From positions 20,452-84,451 of the forward strand of contig CANQFS010000001.1 in assembly GCA_947599825.1 (NCBI GenBank): a stretch of 64,000 bases of DNA. The letters run 5' to 3'. This stretch comes from an uncultured Clostridia bacterium. GTDB lineage: Bacteria; Bacillota; Clostridia; TANB77; CAG-508. Below are positions 40,729 to 51,503 of the stretch, in pieces. Position 1 is the stretch's first letter. The number at the start of each line of letters is the position of its first letter. The position numbers and the translations under genes are program-made. Under the pieces are notes generated by a model. The model did not search any database. It had not been told where the DNA came from and was given only the letters and a program-made list of their open reading frames with translations.

Positions 40729-43449
40729 TCATTTTCTAGAACTTATTCTTGGATTATCATACGGGTTCGGAGTATTAAGATTTTGTTCTTTTCCTTCTAG
40801 TATAAACCTTGCACGATATCCTTTATGGGAAATATTAAGAATTTGGTTTTTAAAAAGGTACTCAAACTTAACCCACTTAACCTTTCGAGCCCATTCTTCA
40901 TTTGTATTTTGAATCACTTCACGCCAACTATTGTAGTAAGTGGTTCTTGCAGGTTCATTCATACCAATCGAAATTCCTGTTATGATATTATTGCAATTTT
41001 TTTGGTCAATTAAGGCCCGCCTAATTGCTTCTAATACCTCTATACTTTCGTTTTCTGCTTTTACACCACCCATTATATCTGCAAATAACTCACCTTCATC
41101 AAATAAGTTCAGTATAACTATGGCAATACGTTTATTTTCGCCATCTACAATTTCTATTGCATGGCTATTACTTGATAAAAATACGTTTTCTGCTTCTACA
41201 CCATAAAAGTTGACCTTTTTGGATTTTTCTTTTGAGTAGAATGATTTTGCAAATACTAAATAAGTTTCTAATGCTCCTATATCAAAAAACCGATAGTGCA
41301 TTGTAGAACTCTTGTCTTTGTCTACAGTTGTAATAATATTTTTGTCTAAAGTACCTCCTAATTTTCTTTGCACAACATTGTACAAATCAAGAATTTTTTC
41401 AGCAACTTTCCCTTCAATATTCTGTTCTGCTTCAAACAGTTCTTTCACAAAATCTGTTATAACATCGACTTTTTTGTGGAATATATACTGTGGAGCAGTT
41501 TTCATAATAAATTCTGGTGAAAGAGCAACATTTGCCTTTTTTGCCTCCGTTTGGAATATTTTATTTCCTTCTAAGAAGGCAAAAATATAAGGTAAAAATT
41601 CCTGATTGTTGATATTCTCTTTGACCAAATTAACGGCTGATGTTGGAACATAAAACATAGGATCTTGATTCATTTCTACTTCTTTGAAACTGCGCTCCAA
41701 CCTTGAACGGTACATTTTACTGACATTTAACCTTGAAATTAACCACTCTGCCTGTGCATGACAATAGTCTCCATTTAACGCACCAAGAGCGATGTATAAA
41801 CGAATGACTCTTGTTCTTGCTTTTTCATCACTTGCTAAGAAGACATTGTCAAAATTTGTTTTGTCTAGTTTAAGCCATTTCTTGATGAATTCAGTCGAAG
41901 TAGGGAAATACCTCATCAGTTCAGGATAAGGAAGTTTTTTGGCTACCTGTGCCCATGCATGAATTTGTAACTGGTAATTTTTCCAGTCTGAATATGAATA
42001 TGAACTCCACAAACTACTTAATTCTTCAAGTTCATTCATACTTTTGACACCACTTAACTTGCATAGTTTTTTGCTATCATAAACATATACACCTTTCGCA
42101 TCAACAAGTGCAAACGTATGATCTGAAAATAATGGCTCGCCGCTTACGCAAATATAATCGCCTTTTTTGATGATGATTTCAACATCAATTTTTGAAATAT
42201 CTACTACTTGTTGTTGTTTGTCAAAAGTAAAAATAAGATATTTTAATGCACCTTCATGTGGCAATTTTATTTTAGTATCGGTGTTTATAAGGTGAGCTGG
42301 AATGGAAATAGAATGAATATTCCTTAACCAATATAGAGCATAGTATCCAATCTTCTCTATGTTGGGAGGACAGATAAAGTTTCCTTCATACTGTTCTGCT
42401 TGCCACATTGACTCTATTCCATCTAAAACAGTTTTTCCTGTTTCATCTTTTTCATATTTGCACCTCTCCTGCCAAAACTTTTCGCGTAACTCTTGCAAAT
42501 TTAGGTTAAGAACTTGTTTGCAGTTTTCTACTCGGCTTTTACACTCATCAAGAGTAATTTCTTCCATATCATATGATTTTCTCGAGTTTAACACATTGAT
42601 TAATCCAATTTTAATTTTACGTGCAGACGCCGTCTCTTGTATCCACTGTATGTCTGATAAAAGTTTTATCACCTCATTTTTGTGTGCTTCACAAGCAGAA
42701 TTTAACTCTTCATCGTTTGTAAATTCCCAAGTTTTATCTAATAAATCAAATTCAGTTATAGAATTAACTCTGTCACGAAAACCATTCATTAAATTGTGAA
42801 TCTTCTTCGTTAACATTCTAGTTTCTTCCATATAATGAGCCTCTTTTAATGACTTTGGTGTTTCGTTACCTTTTCTTATTAGTTCGTTTACTACTTTTTT
42901 TGCCTGCCTAAAGTTTTCCTCTAAACCGGTAATTTGTTTTTTCTTTGCTACTGCAACAATCTCTTGAATTTTTTTAATACAATCTTGCTGTTCTTCAAGT
43001 ATTAATTCATGATATTCCAGATATTCTTCCTCAGAAAATGTATAATTCATTGCACCGGTAGCAAGCTCAGCAAACATTTCCAGTATTTCATTTTTGTGTT
43101 GAAATTCTACATCTAGAAACTGTAAAATAGCTTTGCGCTGTTTTTCTTTTTCTATTTCTACATTTGTTTTCTCCTTACCATTTTCTTCTTTGTTTTGCTT
43201 TTTAGCATAATATTCATAAACATTTGTAGAAACCGGATTTTGTGCATCATACATAGCCCGTTTCTTTGGATTAATTAATGTAGCATATGCCTCATTAATC
43301 TTTTGCATTTCCTTCTTTGCAAATTCCTCTTCTTCACCTCTGGCTTGAGCTGTATCCGGGTGCCATTTCTTTGAAAGCTTTCTATGTGCTGCTTTTATAG
43401 CTTTTTCATTTGCGTCTCGGTCAACACCTAAAACTTCATAATACGTCAT
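40729..43449 (-). CDS. 906-aa J-domain protein of unknown function
   Basis: The N-terminal 70 aa are a canonical J domain (YYEVLGV...KKWHPD...KKRAMYD). The remaining ~830 aa (helical/coiled-coil, then unassigned domains) match no family I can name. It has an AGGAGG SD and three in-frame CGG codons. Confidence 0.8.
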   Translation of the reverse strand: MTYYEVLGVDRDANEKAIKAAHRKLSKKWHPDTAQARGEEEEFAKKEMQKINEAYATLINPKKRAMYDAQNPVSTNVYEYYAKKQNKEENGKEKTNVEIEKEKQRKAILQFLDVEFQHKNEILEMFAELATGAMNYTFSEEEYLEYHELILEEQQDCIKKIQEIVAVAKKKQITGLEENFRQAKKVVNELIRKGNETPKSLKEAHYMEETRMLTKKIHNLMNGFRDRVNSITEFDLLDKTWEFTNDEELNSACEAHKNEVIKLLSDIQWIQETASARKIKIGLINVLNSRKSYDMEEITLDECKSRVENCKQVLNLNLQELREKFWQERCKYEKDETGKTVLDGIESMWQAEQYEGNFICPPNIEKIGYYALYWLRNIHSISIPAHLINTDTKIKLPHEGALKYLIFTFDKQQQVVDISKIDVEIIIKKGDYICVSGEPLFSDHTFALVDAKGVYVYDSKKLCKLSGVKSMNELEELSSLWSSYSYSDWKNYQLQIHAWAQVAKKLPYPELMRYFPTSTEFIKKWLKLDKTNFDNVFLASDEKARTRVIRLYIALGALNGDYCHAQAEWLISRLNVSKMYRSRLERSFKEVEMNQDPMFYVPTSAVNLVKENINNQEFLPYIFAFLEGNKIFQTEAKKANVALSPEFIMKTAPQYIFHKKVDVITDFVKELFEAEQNIEGKVAEKILDLYNVVQRKLGGTLDKNIITTVDKDKSSTMHYRFFDIGALETYLVFAKSFYSKEKSKKVNFYGVEAENVFLSSNSHAIEIVDGENKRIAIVILNLFDEGELFADIMGGVKAENESIEVLEAIRRALIDQKNCNNIITGISIGMNEPARTTYYNSWREVIQNTNEEWARKVKWVKFEYLFKNQILNISHKGYRARFILEGKEQNLNTPNPYDNPRISSRK

Positions 43450-43477
43450 TCTTTTTTCCTCCTATTGGCTATTTTTT

Positions 43478-43519
43478 GAGTAGAGCACTGTAAAAATAAT
43501 TGTTTACAGCGTTCTACTC
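43478..43519. other. Intercistronic 17-bp stem-loop between the vWA and J-domain genes
   Basis: gagtagagcactgtaaa...tttacagcgttctactc with no U-run, so it is not a terminator. Confidence 0.5.
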
Positions 43520-43528
43520 AACAACTAA

Positions 43529-44335
43529 TTATTCCAAGTACAATGTTTCTCTTGCTTTAATGCCAAGTGGATTGGCTGCATGTGCTGTGATTGCTTTTGC
43601 CCAATCTTCAGGAACTGTTCCTTTTGTACGAAGTCCATCTAATAAATCTTCAATTGTTTGAAAAATGATTTTGATTCCATCTCCATTACGATTGAAGTTC
43701 ACGGCATTATTAGATTTTATTCCAAGTTCTAATGCGTACTCTTTAGCACCACTTTCATACTCATTATTGTACAATAAGAAAATATGCTCACCACTTTGTA
43801 TCCTACTTGTAATTAATTGATATACTTCTTCTTGTGTGTGTCTACTTTCTCCATTTTGTCCATCTGTTATTAGTAAGTGTAGTTTGTGGTTAGCATCTGT
43901 TTTAAGAACTGGAGTGATAGCGCTAAATAATGCATCATAAATGTTGGTTCCTCCATTGCAACGCCATGGTTGAATAGGTACGAATTGTTTTACATCTTGT
44001 TTACCGAATTTTTGATAAACCCAATCGTCAAATACAGTAAGAGAAATCTTTGTTGTGTAAATTTTGGCTGCCTGCCTTATAGCAAATCTATTGATTTCCC
44101 GTGCAATTACTTGCGATGTTCCTTCCATAGAACCACTACAATCAATAATCAAATTTACAATAGATGAATTCCGTGCAATTTCTTCTATTAATGTTTGACT
44201 ATCAATTGAGGAAACATAGCCATCAATTGCTTTTTCTATGTTGACTTCTTGTTTCTGGATACTTCTATTTTGGCGTAATAACGCTAATTTAGATGTACCA
44301 TTATCAGGTTTACCCATTGTGCCTTCTTTGTTCAT
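43529..44335 (-). CDS. von Willebrand factor type A (vWA) domain protein
   Basis: MIDAS residues DCSGSM, GGT and TDG. The start is set at ATG 44335 (MNKEGTMGK), 9 nt after aaggagg. It has two in-frame CGG codons. Confidence 0.8.
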   Translation of the reverse strand: MNKEGTMGKPDNGTSKLALLRQNRSIQKQEVNIEKAIDGYVSSIDSQTLIEEIARNSSIVNLIIDCSGSMEGTSQVIAREINRFAIRQAAKIYTTKISLTVFDDWVYQKFGKQDVKQFVPIQPWRCNGGTNIYDALFSAITPVLKTDANHKLHLLITDGQNGESRHTQEEVYQLITSRIQSGEHIFLLYNNEYESGAKEYALELGIKSNNAVNFNRNGDGIKIIFQTIEDLLDGLRTKGTVPEDWAKAITAHAANPLGIKARETLYLE

Positions 44336-44404
44336 ACTGAAAATCCTCCTTAATATAGGTTGATATGAAAGCAAATGCTTCTTCAAATACTTTGTTACGT
44401 GTGT

Positions 44405-44433
44405 ATTATATCATAGTGTACATAAATATTCAA
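44405..44433 (-). promoter_or_regulatory. Putative promoter of the vWA/J-domain operon
   Basis: The minus strand reads TTGAAT-17 nt-TATAAT about 70 nt upstream of the vWA start. Confidence 0.45.
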
Positions 44434-44495
44434 TAGTATTGTTATGATTTTTCTTTTTGTTTTTCTTTTTGTTTAGTAAAAATAGACATAAAATA

Positions 44496-44741
44496 AAAAG
44501 GCTATATAGCCTTTTTTTCTAAATATAATAATTCTCCCCACCTTAGCCGTATATCGAAAAGAAATTTTTATACCTGTTTTCACAGGTGGGTGTCTTGTTG
44601 AAGGCTCCTGGGTTTCTTACTATTATAAAAATGTAAGCATACACGCCACCTCCAAAGGCGGACTCCCTTATTTTATTTGTTGGTAATAAAATTTCAGTCT
44701 ACACGCACCACGCAGGGAAAAGAAATAACTTATCTTTTTGT
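44496..44741 (-). ncRNA. Candidate ~245-nt structured RNA of unknown class with its own promoter and terminator
   Basis: A G+C-enriched island in an AT-rich spacer, with a closing helix UUUUCCC (44715-44721) / GGGGAGA (44533-44539). Hairpins are CCGCC-UUUGGA-GGUGG (44646-44661), ACCUGU-GAAA-ACAGGU (44572-44587) and CUUAC...GUAAG. A possible long-range pair is GGUGCGUGU/ACACCCACC. It ends in the palindromic terminator aaaaaggctatatagccttttt (44496-44517). Confidence 0.45.
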
Positions 44742-44747
44742 ATCTTT

Positions 44748-44776
44748 ATATTAGCATACTGTTATTTATTTTTCAA
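44748..44776 (-). promoter_or_regulatory. Putative promoter of the candidate RNA
   Basis: The minus strand reads TTGAAA-17 nt-TAATAT. Confidence 0.4.
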
Positions 44777-44933
44777 TTCTACTTTTCTTTAAATTTTATT
44801 CTTTCTTTTTGTTTTTTACTGCTTTTCTTATTTTTTCTTCTTTTCTACTATTTCTTTCTCTTTTTTTAGTATTTGCTTTTTTTCTTATTCTATGCTAAAA
44901 TAAATAAAATTGTGTTATTTAAAATAATTTTTT

Positions 44934-45797
44934 CTATAATATAATGTCTCTTTTCAATTCTTTTTGTCTTACAATTCCCAAACCTATGTAGTTTTCTGAA
45001 TAAATATTATATATTCCATCTTCTTTATCTTCAAAAATTGAAACTCCATTTAAAAACTTTTCTAACTTTGTTTTATCTAACTTAATATTAGGAAAATCTT
45101 TAAAAAGTTCTTCCATAGTAATAATTTTTTCTTCTACTTTCTTTGGCTCTTTTTCAATTTCGTCTAACGTAATTGCCTCTTGCAAAGTGAACTTTCCTAC
45201 TTTTGTTCTATTTAATTCTTTCATATAACCAATTGTGCCTAATTTTTTTGCTATATCTTCGCATAAACTTCTAATATAAGTTCCCTTTGAGCAATGAACT
45301 TTAAATTCTATTTCATTTTCTTGCTGATTTACATTTTTTAATTCCATACTATAAATTTCAATTTCTCTAGGCTTAATATCTACTGTTTGACCTTTTCTTG
45401 CATATTCATATAATTTTTTTCCATTTACTTTTATTGCTGAGTACATTGGTGGAGTTTGTTTTTGTTTTCCTACAAAAGATAGTAAAGTTTCTTCTATTTT
45501 TTGAATTGTATTTGCGTTCCAATCTACTTTTCTTTCTTCTAAAATATTTCCTTCTTCATCTAATGTATCTGTTTTTATTCCTAGTTTTAAGGTTACTTCA
45601 TATTCTTTATCATGTTCAATTAAATATTTTGAAAGTTTTGTTCCTTGGTTTAACAAAAGTGGCAAAACCCCTGTTGCGTTAGGGTCTAATGTTCCAGTAT
45701 GTCCTACTTTTTTAACATTTAACTTCTTTTTTACAATTGCTACTACATTATGTGATGTGTAACCTTTTGGCTTATTGATAATTATTATTCCATTCAT
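44934..45797 (-). CDS. truB: tRNA pseudouridine(55) synthase
   Basis: 287 aa with the GHTGTLDPNATG catalytic Asp motif. Confidence 0.95.
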   Translation of the reverse strand: MNGIIIINKPKGYTSHNVVAIVKKKLNVKKVGHTGTLDPNATGVLPLLLNQGTKLSKYLIEHDKEYEVTLKLGIKTDTLDEEGNILEERKVDWNANTIQKIEETLLSFVGKQKQTPPMYSAIKVNGKKLYEYARKGQTVDIKPREIEIYSMELKNVNQQENEIEFKVHCSKGTYIRSLCEDIAKKLGTIGYMKELNRTKVGKFTLQEAITLDEIEKEPKKVEEKIITMEELFKDFPNIKLDKTKLEKFLNGVSIFEDKEDGIYNIYSENYIGLGIVRQKELKRDIIL

Positions 45798-45998
45798 CTA
45801 TTATTCCTCTATTTTATACTTTTATAATTTTTATTTTGCTCTATTTTTTCGTTCATGTTCTTTCAAGATTTTTATGACTTTCCTAGAGTATAAAAAAATT
45901 ATATCCTTTTTTAGAAAAAGATATAATTTTTTTCTTATTAAAAGATTTAACTTTCTACTTACGAATTTTTTTACTTATAAAAATATATAATTCTTTGC

Positions 45999-46949
45999 TT
46001 ATTTTAAGTACAATTTTACTTGATTTATAATCTTTTCTTTAACTTGCTCTAGGCTTTGCGCTATAGTGCAACCTGCAGCATGGTAGTGACCTCCACCACC
46101 AAACATTAAGCAGACATCAGATACATTTAAGTAACTATTTGAACGTAAAGAAGCTTTGTAACCTTTGCTCGTTTCTCTTATAAAGATTGATACCTCTACT
46201 CCTTCAATTGCTCTTCCTTCTTCTACAATTCCTTCATAGTCTCCACTTTCTGCATTGGTTTCTTCTTCATCTTTTTTTGTTATGTATGTAATGGCTATTT
46301 TGCCATCTTCTAAAAACTGCATTCTATCAATTGCTCTTTTTCTTAATTCAAAATTAGCTCTTGATTTTGTGTTCATTACTTTTTTATATATGTCAGAAAC
46401 ATTTACGCCTCTTTTTAGTAAGTCAGACGCAAATTCAAATGTTTCTGGTGTGGTACTTTGATATTGGAAACCACCTGTATCTGTAATAATTCCTGTTAAA
46501 ATGCAAGTTCCAGTTTCTTTGTCTATTTCTATTCCATAATATTCTATAATTTGAATTAAAATTTGTGCGCATGCTGGTGCATCTGGATTTACATAGTTGT
46601 AGTCTCCGTACATAGTGTTGGTTCCATGATGGTCTATTACAATTTTTACTTTCGCTGTTTCAAAATAGTTTGCCCAACCGTTTAGCATTTTTATAGTTGC
46701 AGTATCTACTGCTATTGCTAAATCATAAGGCTCATTTTTTCCTTCTTTTTTGATTTTTTCAGCAGATGGTAAAAATTTATATACTCTTGGAAGTTCTGGA
46801 ATAATAAGGTCTACTTTTTTACCCATTTTTTCCAAAATCATAAGCATTGCTAAACTGCTTCCAACTGCATCTCCATCTGGATTTTCATGTGTTAATAAAA
46901 CAATATTATCTGCTCTTTTTATTTCTTCTAATATATTATCTAATGTCAT
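45999..46949 (-). CDS. nrnA: DHH/DHHA1 family nanoRNase / pAp phosphatase NrnA
   Basis: 316 aa with HENPDGDAVGS, DHH (VIDHHGTN) and GGGH motifs. Confidence 0.9.
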   Translation of the reverse strand: MTLDNILEEIKRADNIVLLTHENPDGDAVGSSLAMLMILEKMGKKVDLIIPELPRVYKFLPSAEKIKKEGKNEPYDLAIAVDTATIKMLNGWANYFETAKVKIVIDHHGTNTMYGDYNYVNPDAPACAQILIQIIEYYGIEIDKETGTCILTGIITDTGGFQYQSTTPETFEFASDLLKRGVNVSDIYKKVMNTKSRANFELRKRAIDRMQFLEDGKIAITYITKKDEEETNAESGDYEGIVEEGRAIEGVEVSIFIRETSKGYKASLRSNSYLNVSDVCLMFGGGGHYHAAGCTIAQSLEQVKEKIINQVKLYLK

Positions 46950-47033
46950 GCTTTTCTCCTTTTTTAATGTCTATTTAGAATAAGATAGCTGTTTGAGTAA
47001 GGCAATTACAGGTATCTTATTTAGAGAGACATT

Positions 47034-47390
47034 TTATTTTTCGTCTTTCTTTAAGTCTTTTAAAATTGAATCTATTTTCATACCATATTCCATAGAATCA
47101 TCTTTTTCAAAGACTAGCTCTGGTGTTATTCTTAAATTAATTCTTTTTGCAATTAAACTACGAATATAACCGCTAGAGTTTTTTAATGCATCTATTGTTT
47201 TTTCTTCATTTTTTGAATTTAATAGGCTTACATATACTTTCGCATATTTTAAGTCTGGCGTTATTTTTACTTTTGTCACACTAATTAAACCTGTTGCATC
47301 AGGGTTTTTAAGTTCAAATGAAATTATTTGACTGATTTCTTTTTTTAATTCCTCGTTAATGCGGTTTAGTCTATTTTCATTTTTTGGCAT
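47034..47390 (-). CDS. rbfA: 30S ribosome-binding factor RbfA
   Basis: 118 aa with ISVTKVKITPDLKYAKVYVS. Confidence 0.92.
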   Translation of the reverse strand: MPKNENRLNRINEELKKEISQIISFELKNPDATGLISVTKVKITPDLKYAKVYVSLLNSKNEEKTIDALKNSSGYIRSLIAKRINLRITPELVFEKDDSMEYGMKIDSILKDLKKDEK

Positions 47391-47403
47391 AATTTGCCTC
47401 CTT

Positions 47404-47760
47404 TTATTTTTCTTCTTGTTCTTCTATTTTGTTCATAGCCTTTAATAAATCTTCTCTTCTTTTTTCTTCTACTTCTTGTGCATCTCTTCTTGCATTATAA
47501 TTTTGCAATTTCTTTTTATTAGCTGGCTCTCTTTTGTGTGTAGATTTTTGTTTATTTTCTGCTTTTAGTCTTTCTATAAACTTTTGTCTTGGGTCTAATT
47601 CTTCATATTCTTGTTCTTCTTTTTCTTGCTTAATTCTTTCTAGTTTTTCTTGCTCTTTTCTTTCTTCTTCTTCAATTTTTGCTAATCTTCTTTCTTCTCT
47701 TTCTATCATTTGTTCAATATCTAATCCTTTTGGTATTTTATTTCTTTTCAATTTTAACAC
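47404..47760 (-). CDS. Hypothetical highly charged coiled-coil protein between infB and rbfA
   Basis: 118 aa rich in E/K/R; no family recognised. Confidence 0.45.
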   Translation of the reverse strand: MLKLKRNKIPKGLDIEQMIEREERRLAKIEEEERKEQEKLERIKQEKEEQEYEELDPRQKFIERLKAENKQKSTHKREPANKKKLQNYNARRDAQEVEEKRREDLLKAMNKIEEQEEK

Positions 47761-47770
47761 CTCTTCTATT

Positions 47771-50743
47771 TTAACGTTTTACTTCTTCCATTACATATAC
47801 TTCAATGATGTCGCCTTCTTTTAAGTCATTATAGTCTTCAATTTGCATACCACATTCGTAACCTTTGGCAACTTCTTTTACGTCATCTTTGAAACGTTTT
47901 AATGATACTAGTTTGCCTTCATGAATAACAACATCTTCACGAATTACACGAACGCCTGCATTTCTTTCAATTTTTCCGTCTAAAACATAAGCACCTGCAA
48001 CAGTTCCTACATTTGATACTTTAAATACTTGTCTTACTTCTACATTTCCAATTACTTTTTCTTCAAAGATTGGGTCTAACATTCCCTTCATTGCTGCTTT
48101 TACATCATCAATGGCTTGGTAAATAACAGAGTATTGTTTTATTTCTACTTCGTCTTTTTCTGCTACTTGTTTTGCAGTGGCTACTGGACGAACATTAAAT
48201 GCTATAATAATTGCATTTGCTACTTTTGCTAAAGTAACATCAGACTCTGTAACAGCTCCTGCTGCAGCATGAATGACTCTTACTTTTACTTCTTCATCAG
48301 ATAGTTTTTCTAAAGATTGTTTTAATGCTTCTGCAGAACCTTGAACATCGGCTTTTACTATTATACTTAATTGTTTTAGTTTTCCTTCTTCCATTTGGCT
48401 AAATAAGTTGTCTAAAGTGACTGGTGCCATTTGGTTAATAGATTTTTCTCTTTGAGTACGTTTTCTTCTTTCAATTAAGTGTTTTGCCATTTTTTCATCT
48501 TTTACTTCGTAGAAAATATCTCCTGATTCAGGAACTTCTGTAAGTCCCATAACCTCTACTGGAGTAGATGGTCCGGCTTTTTTTACTTTTTGTCCTTTAT
48601 CATTTTTCATTGCTCTAATTCTACCAATAGATGAGCCTACGACAATTGTATCTCCTACATCTAAGGTTCCTCTTTGTACTAAGATAGAGGCGATTGGTCC
48701 TCTTGCTTTATCAAGGCGTGCTTCAATAACAGCACCTTTAGCTTGTTTTTTAGGGTTTGCTTTTAGTTCTAGTACATCTGCTTGCAATAGTACCATTTCT
48801 AATAGTTCATCTATGTTTTGATGTTGTTTTGCAGAAATAGGAACATAAATTGTATCTCCACCCCATTCTTCTGGTACTAATTCATATTTCATTAGTTCTT
48901 GTTTTACTTTATCAACATTTGCTTCTGGTAAGTCAATTTTATTTACTGCTACAATTATTGGAATTCCTGCTGCTTTTGCATGGTTTATTGCCTCTACTGT
49001 TTGAGGCATAACACCGTCGTTAGCTGCAACTACTAAAATTGCAATATCTGTAATTTGTGCACCTCTTGCACGCATGCTTGTAAATGCTTCATGTCCTGGT
49101 GTATCTAGGAAGGTAATATCTCTTCCATTGATATTTACCATATAAGCACCAATTGCTTGGGTAATTCCTCCTGCTTCTCCTTCAATGACATTTGTTTTAC
49201 GAATTGCGTCTAAAAGTGAAGTTTTTCCATGGTCTACGTGTCCCATAACAACAACAACTGGTGGTCTTGTTTGTAATTCTTCTTCAGTATCTTCTGATTC
49301 GTCAAATAAAATGTCTTCTTCTTTGACTTCTTCTTTCTTTTTAGCTGTTACGCCAAATTCTTCTGCTACTAAGAAAGCTGTGTCAAAGTCTAAGTCGTTA
49401 TTGATTGTTGCCATTATACCAAAGCCAAATAGTACTTTTATAACTTCTGCTGAAGTTTTCTTAAGTTCCATTGCTAAATCTTTTACTGTTATTGATTCTG
49501 GAATTGTAATTTCAGTAAGTTGGAAGATTTTTTGTGTTCTTTCTTCTTGTACTTTTACAGATTTTTTCTTGTTTTTCTTTCCTCTTGCTGTGCTTAAGTC
49601 GTAATAGTCAAGCATTCCACCTTCTTGGTCATCAAACATATTTGATAGACGGTCTACTTGTTTTAAGTCTTTTAGTTTTCCACCATCAAATTCTTCACTA
49701 AATCTTGAGCCTTTTTTGTTCTTATTTGTTTTTTGTGTTCTTTCTTCTTTTCTTTCGAATTTTGCCTTATCTATAGCTTTACTTGTAAAGTCTCTTTGAT
49801 TTTCTTTTTCTACAATGTCTGTAGCCATAATGTCTTTGATATTTCTATCAATTCCACGTTCGTCTAATGGTCTTCTTTCACGATTAAAGTTTCCACCATT
49901 ATTACGATTTTGCCCATTTTTGAAATTATTATCACGTTTTTGGAATCCATTTCTATTATCTCTATTGTTGTAGTTATTTCTATTTTGACCATTTTCTCTA
50001 CTGCTATAGTTTTCTCCTCTATTGCCATATCCATTTTTATTTCCTCTATTTTGATTATTACGATTTTGGAAATTTCCTTGGTTATAATTTTTGTTTTCGT
50101 AATTGTTTCCGTTTGTAGATGTTTGGTTATGGCTTTCAGAATTTCTATCTTGTTTGTTAGTTTCTACTACTTTTGGTTGTTCTTGTTTAACTTTTTGTAC
50201 TTTTTCTACTGTTTCTTCTTTTGATTCTACTTTTAAGTTAGTTTCTTGTTTTTTCTCTTCTTTCTTTGGTTCTTCTTTTTTGCCTATGCCAAATAATTCA
50301 CTTACTGTCATTGGTTTAGTAGGCTTATTACGGTATACAATATTATAATCGGCATTTTTGTTTCTCTCTACAAATCCGACTTGTCTATTTTTTTGCTCTG
50401 CTTGTTTTTGCATTTTTTCTTTTTCTTCTTCATCAGTTATAATCACTTCTCTTCTAATTATGACTGGTGTTTCATTTTTCTTTTCTTCTTTTCCTTGTTC
50501 TTTTTTAGATTGTTGTTTTTTGCTTTCTTGTTTCTTATTTTCTTGCTTTTTATCTTCTTTACTTTTGTTTTCTTGTTTTTTTCCGCTCGCCAATAAAGCA
50601 TTTTTTATTTTTAATGCTTCTTGTTCGTCTACACCGCTCATATGTGATGTTGCTTCTATTCCAAGTTCTTTTGCCTTTTCAATGATTTCTTTACTACTCA
50701 AGCCTGTTTCTTTTGCTATTTCGTGTATTTTGATTTTACCCAA
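47771..50743 (-). CDS. infB: Translation initiation factor IF-2
   Basis: 990 aa. The G domain has [17 protein letters not shown] and NKID. The long N-terminal N/Q/R/G-rich region is low-complexity. Confidence 0.97.
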   Translation of the reverse strand: MGKIKIHEIAKETGLSSKEIIEKAKELGIEATSHMSGVDEQEALKIKNALLASGKKQENKSKEDKKQENKKQESKKQQSKKEQGKEEKKNETPVIIRREVIITDEEEKEKMQKQAEQKNRQVGFVERNKNADYNIVYRNKPTKPMTVSELFGIGKKEEPKKEEKKQETNLKVESKEETVEKVQKVKQEQPKVVETNKQDRNSESHNQTSTNGNNYENKNYNQGNFQNRNNQNRGNKNGYGNRGENYSSRENGQNRNNYNNRDNRNGFQKRDNNFKNGQNRNNGGNFNRERRPLDERGIDRNIKDIMATDIVEKENQRDFTSKAIDKAKFERKEERTQKTNKNKKGSRFSEEFDGGKLKDLKQVDRLSNMFDDQEGGMLDYYDLSTARGKKNKKKSVKVQEERTQKIFQLTEITIPESITVKDLAMELKKTSAEVIKVLFGFGIMATINNDLDFDTAFLVAEEFGVTAKKKEEVKEEDILFDESEDTEEELQTRPPVVVVMGHVDHGKTSLLDAIRKTNVIEGEAGGITQAIGAYMVNINGRDITFLDTPGHEAFTSMRARGAQITDIAILVVAANDGVMPQTVEAINHAKAAGIPIIVAVNKIDLPEANVDKVKQELMKYELVPEEWGGDTIYVPISAKQHQNIDELLEMVLLQADVLELKANPKKQAKGAVIEARLDKARGPIASILVQRGTLDVGDTIVVGSSIGRIRAMKNDKGQKVKKAGPSTPVEVMGLTEVPESGDIFYEVKDEKMAKHLIERRKRTQREKSINQMAPVTLDNLFSQMEEGKLKQLSIIVKADVQGSAEALKQSLEKLSDEEVKVRVIHAAAGAVTESDVTLAKVANAIIIAFNVRPVATAKQVAEKDEVEIKQYSVIYQAIDDVKAAMKGMLDPIFEEKVIGNVEVRQVFKVSNVGTVAGAYVLDGKIERNAGVRVIREDVVIHEGKLVSLKRFKDDVKEVAKGYECGMQIEDYNDLKEGDIIEVYVMEEVKR

Positions 50744-51068
50744 TCAATTCACCCCCATCAATTCTCTTTAATATTTCCTTTGCAAAATTTTCTTCTTTAA
50801 TGATAATAATAGCTTTATTTTCTTGACCAATACTTTGACTTAAATCTTCTATGGTACCAACTATTCGAACTGGCACTTGATACATTTTTGCTAATTCTTC
50901 CATATTTTTTTGCGTTTTTTTACTACAGTCTTCTGCAATTAGCACTAATTTCGCTTTTCCTTTTTTTATTTCTTCTTTTGAGCTTTCTGTTCCAAAGCTT
51001 ACTTTTCCTGCTCTTCGTGCTAGTCCTATTAAACCATATATTTTAAGATTTTTCTCCAAGTATTTCAC
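50736..51068 (-). CDS. ylxQ: L7Ae-family RNA-binding protein YlxQ
   Basis: 110 aa with GLARRAGKV and LVLIAEDCS. It overlaps the infB start by 8 nt. Confidence 0.8.
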   Translation of the reverse strand: MKYLEKNLKIYGLIGLARRAGKVSFGTESSKEEIKKGKAKLVLIAEDCSKKTQKNMEELAKMYQVPVRIVGTIEDLSQSIGQENKAIIIIKEENFAKEILKRIDGGELIG

Positions 51069-51111
51069 CTCTTATAAATTTTTCTTTATTTTATATATGT
51101 CCTCTTCATTT

Positions 51112-51375
51112 TTACTTTAGCACTTGTTTTAATTCTTCGTATATTTTTGTGTCTATTGACGTTTCAAATGTTCTTTCTAATTTTTTAGTTTTAATTGCTT
51201 TTTCTAAACATTCTTTGTTATCACAAAGATAGGCTCCTCTTCCATTTGCTTTTCCTGTTTTGTCTACAAAAATGTCTCCTTCTTTGTTTTTTACAATACG
51301 AATTAATTCTTTTTTCTCTTTTGTTTCGTTGCAACCTATGCAAGTACGTTTTGGTATTTTTTTCAAACTTCTCAC
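51112..51375 (-). CDS. ylxR: YlxR/DUF448 RNA-binding protein
   Basis: 87 aa with RTCIGC...KKELIRIV...GRGAYLC. Confidence 0.85.
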   Translation of the reverse strand: MRSLKKIPKRTCIGCNETKEKKELIRIVKNKEGDIFVDKTGKANGRGAYLCDNKECLEKAIKTKKLERTFETSIDTKIYEELKQVLK

Positions 51376-51503
51376 ACCTTTATTCTATTGTATTTACGTG
51401 AACTTTGCTTTATTCTTCGGATTGTACTACTTTTTTTATTTCTTATACTTTTCATTTTGCCTTGATTGTTTTTATATATTTTTTGTCTTTATTTTGATTA
51501 TTG

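Noticed and set aside
44496-44741. Local resemblance of the structured region to the FMN riboswitch P1 end (GGGGAGAA). On the opposite strand, resemblance to the M-box (GAAGGCUCCUG, AUACACGCC...CCAAA).
   Set aside because: Only short patches match and core conserved segments are missing. No rib or Mg-transport gene lies downstream in either orientation. The promoter and terminator logic fits the minus strand only.
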